Positions 25,618 through 64,000 of a stretch of 64,000 bases of DNA are shown one piece after another; the stretch's first letter is position 1, and every line of letters begins with the position of its first letter. This DNA is from Priapulus caudatus (taxonomy: Eukaryota), in the NCBI RefSeq assembly GCF_000485595.1, contig NW_014577082.1:367258-431257 (forward strand). The letters are read 5' to 3'. Under the pieces are notes generated by a model that saw only the letters and a program-made list of their open reading frames with translations, searched no databases and was not told the origin of the DNA. The position numbers and the translations under genes were made by a program.

Positions 25618-28600
25618 TACTATATATTTAGATATGGTTTAACATTTTGTTCTAAGTTATTCAAGAACTTGGTGCCAAAAGTTCGATTACAATAATTATA
25701 TACTAGTAGTGGCAGCACGACGGCATGCCGGCATAACAAAAAGGCTGACATATATTAAACACACCTGCGTATACGAATGGTGCACTTTGGTGTACATGTT
25801 GTAAAGACGATTATGGTGAAGTGCAATCGTGAAGAAAGTAGTGCCAGGTATCCTCAATGATAGCACATCCTAATCACTTTGTGCGCGCGCAGTACATTAC
25901 CTGAGCAAACAAATCACACCTATAGTCAGCAAAGCACACAAGGCCACAGTCAGCAGTAACTGTGCAACAAATGCCTGCTTTTGTGTCGATTTTCCGCACA
26001 CATGAACATGAGGTTATATTTATGGGGCAGGTTTAACGTATCGATTAATTGAGTGGGTTATGTTTGTGATGTTCACGGCAGCGACTTTTCGACTTACCAT
26101 CTGGGTATCGAGTCGTAGTCGTACTTTATATTCAAACGACTTCGTGAAATAAGTACGTTCCGAGAATGCATTGGTGCCATATATAAAATGTTCAGTCAAT
26201 ATTTTAGGCAAACCTATCAATTGATTGTGATGACTTTACAAAATCTTGATAATATTAAGTTTTAAGTGCATTTTCCTCTCACTGTACATTATGATTTTGT
26301 TAAAGATCGAATTTTTCACTCACTGTATGCAGAAACGACTGAATAGAAGCAGATTTCACAACATGCACCCCACTGTCTTTCTTACTGGCTTATCCTATAA
26401 AGGCAAACTCCTAGTTAGTTTAAAGACCATTGAATTATCGCCCACAGATAAAAGATTGCGATGATCATAATTCAGAAGAAAAAAAACATATATAATAAAG
26501 ACCTTGATATATTTTGTGGATATCAAAGGGCTAAAGGATATATTAATAGTAAGCATCCCGATCGAGCTTCAATGTTCCGAGTTTGTCTCTCGATCGTCAT
26601 AAATCTATATATAGGCATCCCTAATAAAATAACGAATTGCCTTTGCTTAGAGGAGCAGCAGGCACAGGGCTTGGACTGATTAGCCGAATCAATGGTAAAT
26701 ATATGGCTATATATGTGTATGCTAAGGCACTGGCGCCACAGGTCTTAAGAAAAAGTAGAAGCAACAGAATGAAAAAATCCTGAGTGATAATAAAAAGCAA
26801 GCCGGCCGTAGGCGCGGCTGCAAATGGCATAGGGGGGTGCTGGGGCATGCCACCACCTGAAATTTTTGAATGGATAGATGTCCTGGAGATGCAATCTGGT
26901 GAGTCTTGGCGAGAGAGATTTAGGAACAAAATTTTTAACCCAAAATTTACATGGAAGCACTGTGCTTCTCGCAGTGCTTCTATTCTGCCGGGCGCAACTG
27001 TGCTAAGGCGATATATAGGTGGCGATGCGCGAACTGAATTTGATATATATAATGCTATAATTAGATGGACGGCTTGCAACATGTGACAGAGAATCAATCG
27101 GCGATCATGATTCCAGGCAGAGATTAGACAAGGATAGCAGGCGCGGATTTAGGCCGGTTTTGCACCGGTTTTTTCCAGAACGCGGTCACAGCTGCGGTAT
27201 CTCAGAATTGACCCTCAAAATTCACACAGAATATAGCGAAACCAAAAATAATAGCCTAATTTTTAAAATTCGCGCGGGCGTCATGCCCCGGACCCCCCCC
27301 CCTTAAGCTGTGACTAGAACTATGGAAACTGCAATGGTCACCCAAAACCCTCTGGACCCCCTGGAATAGTTACGCTGATACGGGTCCTATGTCTCCGATG
27401 AGGTAAACTGCCGGAACGTACCCTGGGTTAGCGGTCGGCGGTATAACGCGGAACGTACCCTGGTAACTATTCTGATAATGGTTGGGTTAGACGTAGGCAA
27501 TAGGCCGACCCCTTAAGACTCGTTAGTGGATGTTAGGCGCGAGGTACGGTCCCGGCAATATAAGATAGTACCAGGGTACGTTCCGGCAGTACCAGGGAGA
27601 CATATTAGACGCCTGGCAGTGCAGCGATATAGTTACAATGGGCAGGAGCATAAACAACCGAGAATACCAGAAAACTGAAAGAGTAAGAGCAAGGAAATTT
27701 TAAAAGTGAGGTGAGAGAGCAGAGATGGAGAGGAAACGCAAACAAATAACAACGAAAAGAAAGTCACTACCTTAGGAGTAGCGTGAAAAAACTATAACTA
27801 CAGAAAAAGAAAAAACAGCCAAAACCTTTGAGGAGTGAACGAGGGAAGGAAATCATGGGGCGGGGGATGAGAGGGAGTTAGGGGAGAGAGGCGGGAGGGA
27901 GGTGAGGGAGAAGAATGTGCGTGTGTGGCTAAAATATATAACTATAAGGATCGAAGGTAAAGCCATCCTATCACGATTGAGGGTATAAAAATGCACCAAA
28001 ACAACAAAATTGTTAATTAAATTGACTCGCTGATTATATATGCATATAAATCAGGAGCTAATATAATGGCAAATTTGTCATTATAATAGCTCCTGATAGT
28101 ATAATAATATCCTGCTGGATCTGAACCCCCGTTCATGGACCCGGAATAAATTGAAGAGGAAACTGTAAGAACAGAACATAAAGTAGTATAACCTGCAGAA
28201 ATAATCAGTCAATTAAATAATATAATATATGACTATATATCGACTCATTTTATACAAAACTGATAGTGAGAAGTGCAATGTATATTTATAGCTAAGTACT
28301 AGTAGTAGTAGTATATAATAGTATTAGTAAAGATTTAACAATATACATGTATACATATCAGAGTAGATTCGCGGCATATTATCACTCCTGATTACATATA
28401 CATATAATTGTAAGCTTAATAAGAAATACGTAATCTTCGTGAACGAAATAGATCGCGTAGGGGAGTTGCAATCTCCCATTCCGTATAAGTAGCTTGGTAT
28501 GTAATCGCCAGTTAAGAGAGAGATTCCAATGAGTGTAACCAAGGGGATTTGTTTGTAAAAATAGAAGTCAACGTTTCGATTGACTTGACGAATCGGCCGT

Positions 28601-28759
28601 TCCGTTCATTGTTGGCTATATGAATTATGGTTAGATCTGTATGATTGATGACGCGGTGTCAGCGCTGCAACCGGAAGTAACGATGTTGTAAAACAACGCA
28701 CATAACACGCTCAGAATGAACAACACACTATGAANNNNNNNNNNNNNNNNNNNNNNNNN

Positions 28760-29720
28760 TGGGCCATGTTCACCTTGCGCTGTGTACACATAGTGCAGCT
28801 TAAGTTGGGAACAATGGGCCATGTTCACCATGCTCTGTGTACACATAGTGCGACTCTAGCTGGGAACAATGGGCCATGTTCACCATGCTCTGTGTACACA
28901 TAGTGCGACTCTAGCTGGGAACAATGGGCCATGTTCACCATACTCTGTGTACACATAGTGCCACTCTAGCTGGGAACAATGGGTTGTGTTCACTTCACTC
29001 TGTGTACATATAGTACTACTCTAGCTGGAAACAATGGGTTGTGTTCACTACACTGTGTACATATAGTACTACTCTAGCTGGGAACAATGGATTGTGTTCA
29101 CTTCACTCTGTGTACACATAGTGCCACTCTAGCTGGGAACAATGGGTTGTGTTCACTACACTCTGTGTACATATAGTACTACTCTAGCTGGGAACAATGA
29201 GTTGTGTTCACTACACTCTGTGTACATATAAGGCGTTTTTATCTAAGCGAAAGCGCTTTACGGTTTCGCAAATCTTCCATTTATCTAGACGGTTTCGTGA
29301 AAGCGCTTTGGTCGTTTCTCGTTTTTATCCAGACGGTTTGCGAAAGTGCTTTGCGAAACCGTCGAAATCGCCCAGCGAGCGATTTCAGACGGTTTCAACA
29401 TTCAATATGGCGGATAGTCAAACGTAAGTTATTAAGTCGTTTTCTTAATAAATGATTATATAAGAATAATAAGTTAATGTGTTATAAAAACGTACAAAGA
29501 TCAGCTAAATCCTAACCAAATGGTGATCGTAGCCGAGTGTTTTTATGTAACAAAAGCGCTTTTACCAAACCGCTGATCACGTGATTTAGGAAACCGATAT
29601 ACCGATTTCGCTTAGATAAAAACGCCTATAGTGCGACTCCAGCTGGGAGCAGTCGGTTGTGTTCACCACACTGTGTACACAGAGAGTGCTGCTCTAGCTG
29701 GGAGCAGTGGGTCGTGTGCT
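28760..29720. repeat. 55-bp tandem satellite (about 10 visible units, begins in a gap), interrupted by a MITE
   Basis: Unit TGGGAACAATGGGCCATGTTCACCATGCTCTGTGTACACATAGTGCGACTCTAGC recurs at 28861, 28916 and onward. Confidence 0.93.
29231..29627. mobile_element. MITE with 3-bp TSD (Harbinger-like) inserted in the 55-bp satellite
   Basis: 22-bp TIR AGGCGTTTTTATCTAAGCGAAA / TTTCGCTTAGATAAAAACGCCT. ATA is duplicated and the satellite unit resumes in register. Confidence 0.85.
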
Positions 29721-30357
29721 GCTGACATTTGCATTTCTAAATGCACAGCACGAGGAGTTCTGTCCGTTCACCACGCGCTGCGCCCCAGATTCTCCCATGT
29801 AATATTTACAATGGGCATGCTGTACAGAGATTTCTCCACTTTGGCGTTAATTTAAAATGAACTAGTCCAATGTGACGCATGAGGTGCTATTTGGCATATA
29901 TCGAAATCAGTATCGATAATTTTCGAATTAATAATGAAATTGGCCATCTTTGTAGCAAACATTATTGGTAGCAAGGGTTCAGCAATGATTGCTTGATTTA
30001 AGAAGTTGCAGTGTTGATTAGATAATTATCAATATTGAGTTCATCATTATCATTATTGATGTGATCATTCTCGCTATTTATTTGAATACTCTCAGTATTT
30101 ATTATGCTGTCGTCTTCAGCGATATTTGTGCTATTATATTTGTGCTATGGTGTTTGAGACAGTGCAAGATTCAGAAAATTCTCAGCTACCTTCATGAAGG
30201 CTGAACTAATAATCTTATAGCAGTGAGTATGTTTTAAAAAATACATTCCTTTCACTTTGAAAAGAAAAATATACAAGATATTGCTACGTGGTCCAGCTAT
30301 TGACATGAGGTTGTGTCTGTGTGCGTGGGTGCGTGTGTATGCGCGTCTGTGTGTGTG

Positions 30358-30389
<32 letters not shown>

Positions 30390-32492
30390 TGCGTGTGCGC
30401 GCGCGCGAGTGTGAGTGCGTGATGCAGCTGTGGAAGGAGATCAATAGATAGCGAGGGCGAAAGTGTGCGCGCGCGAGATAGAGTGAGAAAGAGAGAGAAA
30501 TATACGATTTTTGTGTTTACTAGGTGCTTTAGTACATGCACGTATAGATGTAACAAAGTATGATGTTAATGTCTAAAGTCGTAGTGTCTCGTTGTCAAAC
30601 GGTTTCCAGCGTTATACTAAGAATGTCGGCTTATTGATCTCACGCGTTGTCTTTACTCGGTGTTGTTTTCATCTTTGTTCTGTATCGGCTGCTTTTGCAG
30701 GAGTTGCAGAACACGTTTTATTCATTTTTTTACATTTTATGCGTTTCATCGATGAGAAGTGCATTTTGACATTTTACTTATTTTTACGTGGAAGTTTTTA
30801 GGTTTGTTTGGTTAGCCTGCGGACGGTATATAGGCTACTCGTCGATTTCTCTTATATATTTATACAGAATTTTATTTATAAATGCCACGGCGAGTATCGC
30901 CTTCCGGTGGTGCGTATAATTTAGTTACGTAGTCTTTCAAAGTGGTTTACACGCTTTTGTTTATTAAGGATTCTCGTTGTCTTGCGTGTTTGCACTAAAT
31001 AATTTAAGCAGTCAGTGTTACACATATAATTGCTTATTGTTATATGATGTTATGTAATTATCTTATGGTATAATTATTTAATGTAAGTTTCGTGACGTAC
31101 AGCGAAGCTGCTGGTTGCTCTCTTGGTGGGTGGGCAAGGAGAATGACGGCAACTTTATATCTCTGTTTAGAGGGTTACTGCAGAGAGGCTATAGTCGTTT
31201 TGAGTCTATCCGAATAGGAAAAAGTTGTCTCAGTCTGTTAGTATTCCGTGTGCTAAGTCTTCGCGCCAAGATAGCTTAGGAGCTAAAGTTGCATCTTGAA
31301 GAGAGATGCTCGTCTCTCATCGTTCGTTGTTTGTGATCACATTGACGAGCACTTATTGCATCCAATTTTGTATTTTATGTCTGACGGCGTATTACAAGGG
31401 TCAGCTAGGTGATTCTAGCGTCGGCTAGAGCATAGTAAAGTTCAGGTGGCAATGTGGCATGTACTGGGATTTCGCCCGTGCACGGTATATACATCCCACA
31501 CATCACTCTACTACACTCCCGAGACGTGCGTTTTTAGATCGTGGTGTTTTAGCGGGGCAAATTGCCGCGCTAATGTAGAGGCGCGGCTTGGGGGACCCCT
31601 GGTTAATAAGGTCGACTATACGCGTCGGTTAACCGAAAATATCGACGCTAGCTTCTGCGGCAAATGCGGGCATCGCCATTATCGCATAAACCCGGTGATT
31701 GCGTGACGATATTTTTGAATTACTCAATGCTCTAAAACGCTGAATACTCGTCTCGTGTAAATTGTGTATGCGCTACTACATTGTAGACACATCGTGTTTA
31801 GTCTATCGAATGAAATCACTATAGGTACAATCCTACTGTTGATGATGCAACGTTTACTCTCTATTTACGTATATGTTTTTTGTTGTTGTTAAAAGCATCG
31901 ATGCTAATCGAGTAACGCAGCCGCATGATAGCGTAATTAACATCGCGTAGCGGAATGTAACCATTTTCAAAGGTTTCCATTTCTATTTCTACGAGCTGTA
32001 TCGGCTGTCACAACTTTACTTCGAGCACAGTATATAGCGACCGTCTGAGTGTTGACTGACAGCTTAGATTACTGCATGCTGCACATCTCGTCACGTATTC
32101 ATGGCTAGCCGTGTCGTCGATTTTTAATGCACTTGCTGGTTCTTGTTATTGTAGGCCCCGTTTCTTTTGTTTGTCGCAACATTGTGCGATGGTAAATTAT
32201 GCAGTACTAGGCATACCCACCCCCTTACACTGTATGTGTATGTGCGTGCATGCGCGCGCGCGTGCGTGCGTGTGTGAGTGCGCGCCAAGAAGCTCACACT
32301 GTATCTAGTCATATTCTGCTTAGCCTATTGGCGATCACAATTAAGGGAAAACGTCTTGTTACGCTTGCATCTTGTGTCTTCTCATGCTGGAAGCCATGAC
32401 GAAGTAACGAATGATGAAGCCAAAAGAGTATACTTGAACACATTTCTATCACAAAAACTGCGATGTGTTTCATAGTGGCACGGATTAGACGC

Positions 32493-32700
32493 ATGAATTA
32501 CATTGTCATGTTAACGTGCATAACGCACGTAAGTTATGATAAATGTCTCATTAACATTCTCTTCAAGCACGTGAATTATGATAAATGTCATGTTAAAATT
32601 CTTCAAGCACGTAAATTACGATAAATGTCATGCTAACATAATTTTCTCGAGCACTTAAATTATAAATGTCATGTTAACGTGCTTCAAACACGTGAATTTG
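32493..32700. repeat. Degenerate minisatellite of about 40 bp, about 5 units
   Basis: Repeated GCACGT(G/A)AATTATGATAAATGTCATGTTAAC. Confidence 0.8.
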
Positions 32701-33343
32701 GATACATTAACAGCGTAACGAACTGCATAACAAAAAACTTCACTGCGTGTAGCACAAGAAAACATGAATTAGTAGGTATTCACCAGGTGCTTGATAAATG
32801 TATAATGCGCTGGTAGCGGTAGCATTTTTGTCAGCATTTTACTGAGCTTTACTGGTGTACTATCGGACTAGAATTTAACGTCATTCAGTACGTGTGCGGT
32901 GATACAAATTGGGGTGAAATACTTCAGGGATATCGTAGAGGGGAAATGGCTGCGGAGGCGCGGTAGCTTCTAGAAGGAACTGGTAGTAGACATTACCCAA
33001 AAATAACAATTGGGTGTTTAGGGCTAGTATTGATAGGCTGTATTAACAGTGTCATGATGCCAGGCAGGCAAGGTGAGAGCGAGAGATATCTAGATGTGTA
33101 CGTTTGCGCACGTGCGCGTGTAGACCATGTAATTTGTCATAGTTTCCATGACAGTTTACGAGGCTTCCCATGTGAAAAGTTACGCGGTGTAAAGCTCTGT
33201 AAAGTTTACAGTCCTGACAACCACAATAAATCGTTACATTTTGTCATTTAATGAAAGTTGTCATGTTTATCATTGTGTGCAGAAGGCTGGATATATGTTG
33301 TCACTGCTGTTGAACAATGAACGGATTTTACAATGCACACGTG

Positions 33344-33582
33344 CTGTCGGCCCGCCCGCGAAATTTTTTTCCCCACTTGAGTTCCGGACCACAGCCAATC
33401 AGCGCACTCCATTCACTCGACTTCCTCGAAGCAACAATGTAAAATGAATACCAACTATACCTAAACCTAACACTAACTATAATCCAACCATATATATACG
33501 AACCATATATTACAAAACACTATCTATGGTGGGTCCGGAACTCGAGTGGGGGAAAGAAAATTCGCGGCCCGCCCGTGGACAG
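33344..33582. mobile_element. Small MITE with CCTAAC-like core
   Basis: CCGCGAAATTTTTTTCCCCACTTGAGTTCCGGACC mirrored by GGTCCGGAACTCGAGTGGGGGAAAGAAAATTCGCGG. Confidence 0.65.
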
Positions 33583-34689
33583 TTTGACATAATTATGAGA
33601 TTGACTGAAGAAAGTTATCTTGGCAGTCAGTCAACGGCGACCAACGTGCGAGCGCCATTTGACATGAGACGTATGCTTAATCATACTAGTCTTACGTGGA
33701 TAAAATCTCCCCCCCCCCCTAATATCATATGCTTTAACCTTTTGAGGATAAGGTCAATTATTTGGTTTTGAAGCATTAGGTATTATGCATTAATGCCAAT
33801 GGGAATAATTCAATTAAGTAATTTCCATGTGAGTGATAGTTCGCCGGTGAGAGGAGTTTAGTTAGTTTGTTACAGAAAAGTTTAGAACAGTGTTATCCAG
33901 CGTTACAAGCGGAATACAAAATTTCAGGTAAATCCCACTAGCATACATTTTTATTACAAAAACGAGTAATAAATACAGAGGTACTTGTTTTTCTCATGTC
34001 TATGCGATGTATCTATGCCAATGCACTGTTCATCACAATTTAGTATTCACGGTGTCGCACATTACACACTAGAAACAGATAAGATTTTAACGAATACATC
34101 AGAATTGCCTCTGCAATTGAATGTGTGAATTTGATTGAATTGAATGGTGCTTGTTCATTAGATCTTCCAAACTCAACAATATGTAAGCATCATATAAATT
34201 ACCAACAATCTGGAGGAAAAATAAACAAATAACGTTCAGGTAGTCACATGTTAACCCTCCAAATAACCTACCTCCAATACTAAAAAAGTAGAATTTCCTA
34301 TAGATGAGTAAATAACTGATGTTTAAAAGATCACACATACAGTAAATGGTTCTGTAATTCCTGCAGAGCCAAATTTAGGGACAACTGTTAGGTTCAGACA
34401 CTATAGCAACATGTAATAAGCTGATCAGCTTTCATACAAAATGCAAACTGCAACACTATCATAGACTAATTTTCACTTGCCAGAGTTCAGTTTCCTTCCC
34501 CAGCTCAGCTCTGCACAATGTGTCTGTCCCACAGAGAGCCCCCTATATGTTTGACTTGTATTTGTGGAGTACTCTCCAGCAGTCAGTATTCCCTACACAA
34601 CTCCCCCATACTCCCCACCCCTGATGTAACAATCACTGAGTCCCAGTCCCCCCACCCCCACCCCACGAGGTGGCGCCGCGCGCTACGCG

Positions 34690-62339
<27,650 letters not shown>

Positions 62340-62800
62340 CGTAGGGAAACTTTCAATCCTTCGTTGCTTTGCAAGCGGCTGAAGATTTTGACGAAATACA
62401 CGTGTTGTTTCCTACCGTAGCAGCTTTTGTATGAGTTTACATCACAAACTTATCCAAACTATCAATAATAAATATTCCCATGTTTAAGGAATTATTTTTT
62501 GACTCTGAAATAATTATATCTAGTTTACTACTAATTAACTAATCAAATTTTAAGTAGTTTTGCATTTATGCAAACGGTTTCTCTGTAGTTTAACGGTAGG
62601 TTTCCAATATGTCAGCCTTCATGTCTACTTAGAATTGTACATGCCAATGCTACTGTTACATAGTGTGTTTAAATACGCTACTTCCTCTTACATTATTTTT
62701 ATTTTACCTGGTATAGAGCTTCCAGCTTAACGTGTAAGTAATTAGATGTGCAAAATACATGAGTTTGAGTATAACAATGTAGATTGTAGGTTTATAAGTC

Positions 62801-63410
62801 GGACGTGGATATTCGGGCTCAAGGATAGAGAACATCCTCCTCCTCCTCTCTATCCTTGAACCGATATTCGTCCGAGCATCGGGCACCTCAGTCACCTGTT
62901 CGTATGCGCTATGTGTCCGAGCAGTTGTTGCGCATGCGCTGTTCATGTTGTATTACATAAATGTAATATAATGCTAGTCTAGGGAGGAGCCTACTCCCTA
63001 ACCCTAATCCTAACCACAGCCCTAACCCTAACACTAACTATAAACCGACTAGGTTCTCTTATTATGCGCTCGGTTTCGTATATATGGCCTAGGCTAGTGA
63101 TAGTACCAAACACTATCTATGGTGTATAACCACATACGCAACGCATGTATGCAGGGGTGTCACAGCTGTAGGGCTGCCGTAGCAAAACGCTACGGGCCCC
63201 CAGCCTAAACAGCAAAAAATCATAAATCTAAAGGGTAAATAGCATTTTAGAGCGTCTAGATTTAAAAATGACCCCCCTTCACACTTCCTATTTTTGGCAC
63301 TAGAGGCCGTGAGCCTGCGGCATGCTACATGAACAGCGCATGCGCAACAACTGCTCGGACGAATAGCGCATACGAACAGGTGGCCGATGCTCGGACGAAT
63401 ATCCACGTCG
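62801..63410. mobile_element. MULE-like MITE with CCCTAA core and a 47-bp nested insertion (62816-62862)
   Basis: GGACGTGGATATTCG...CGAATATCCACGTCG with 9-bp TSD TTATAAGTC. The nested GGCTCAAGGATAGAG...CTCTATCCTTGAACC has an 8-bp TSD GATATTCG. Confidence 0.8.
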
Positions 63411-63543
63411 TTATAAGTCACAATTTCATAATTAACCGATTCATATTGACATTTTTTGTCATTGATATTATCAAGAGCCTATTAACCCCAGAGCGTACAA
63501 CGCTGAAATAGGAAAACCATGGTGTCGTTCAAAGTTTACCTAC

Positions 63544-63790
63544 CTTATTTTGATACTTCTCTACCGGAATATTATGCAGGAGTCATAGCTAGCCAATATA
63601 AGATCAACCGCTTGTCTCTACGATGTTCCTATGCCGAGATATAAAGCGATAAAAATTGAGTACTTCTAGGTAATCCTAGCGCCATATCACCCAGTAACAC
63701 GCCTCTTCTGCGTTTAGTGACTGCTAATGTTGCTTCCGGTCGCCGCTTGGAGCGCTGACTCGTTACGTCATTACTACAGAGTTTACTACA
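63544..63790 (-). promoter_or_regulatory. Candidate LARS1 promoter and non-coding first exon
   Basis: ETS-like ACCGGAAG (-) at about 63733-63740, CRE-like TTACGTCA at 63763-63770, donor AAG|GTAGGT (-) at about 63543, and an acceptor at 62379 upstream of the ATG exon. Confidence 0.45.
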
Positions 63791-64000
63791 GCTAGCGTAA
63801 GAGTCGGGTCACCGTGGTGATGACTCGCCCCTTACGCTAGCTGTAGTGTGGAGATTTCGGGGGTGTGTAACTCACAAGAGCAGTAGACTAGATCAGGATG
63901 GATAGATTGAACTCGCAGTATAGATAGAATAACCAGGTATACTAGACTAAGGACAGGATAAAATATAGAGGCACATAAATATATCAACACCCCTGGGCGC

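Noticed and set aside
28760..29720. CRISPR-like appearance of the 55-bp array
   Set aside because: Whole units are repeated with no unique spacers, there are no cas genes, and the context is eukaryotic.
63619..63675. Upstream ATG as a LARS1 N-terminal (organellar) extension
   Set aside because: It reaches a stop after 18 codons, before the candidate donor; at most a uORF.

Overview
This window is eukaryotic (animal, probably invertebrate) draft-assembly DNA. It has N gaps, haplotype-like duplications beside those gaps, and several error-rich segments that look like long-read fill. Reconstructing exons by hand gives five protein-coding genes. (1) The last coding exon of CYFIP/Sra-1 (+, 4999-5172). 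(2) An intronless, very GC-rich C6orf89-like gene (-, 649-1689), apparently nested in the last CYFIP intron. (3) A complete 7-exon WDR55 (-, 7424-10464, 352 aa). (4) A PGAP2/Frag1-family gene (+, 12580-17218), head-to-head with WDR55, whose terminal exon I could not find. (5) A complete 30-exon cytoplasmic leucyl-tRNA synthetase LARS1 (-, 34690-62339, about 1179 aa, HLGH and KMSKS motifs). Introns and intergenic DNA carry many non-autonomous DNA transposons, assigned only from TIRs and target-site duplications (TSDs): MULE-like, P/Galileo-like, Kolobok-like, Tc1/mariner, Harbinger, hAT and Helentron-associated HINE-like. There is also a hAT transposase relic, a 55-bp satellite and microsatellites. 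No CRISPR array, rRNA or tRNA gene was found. The strongest leads are an in-frame duplicated splice acceptor and a duplicated exon in LARS1, the nested gene, MITEs carrying telomere-type repeats, a foldback element between convergent 3' ends, and an unusual element with long inverted repeats in the first LARS1 coding intron. All family assignments are from recalled sequence similarity; no searches were run.
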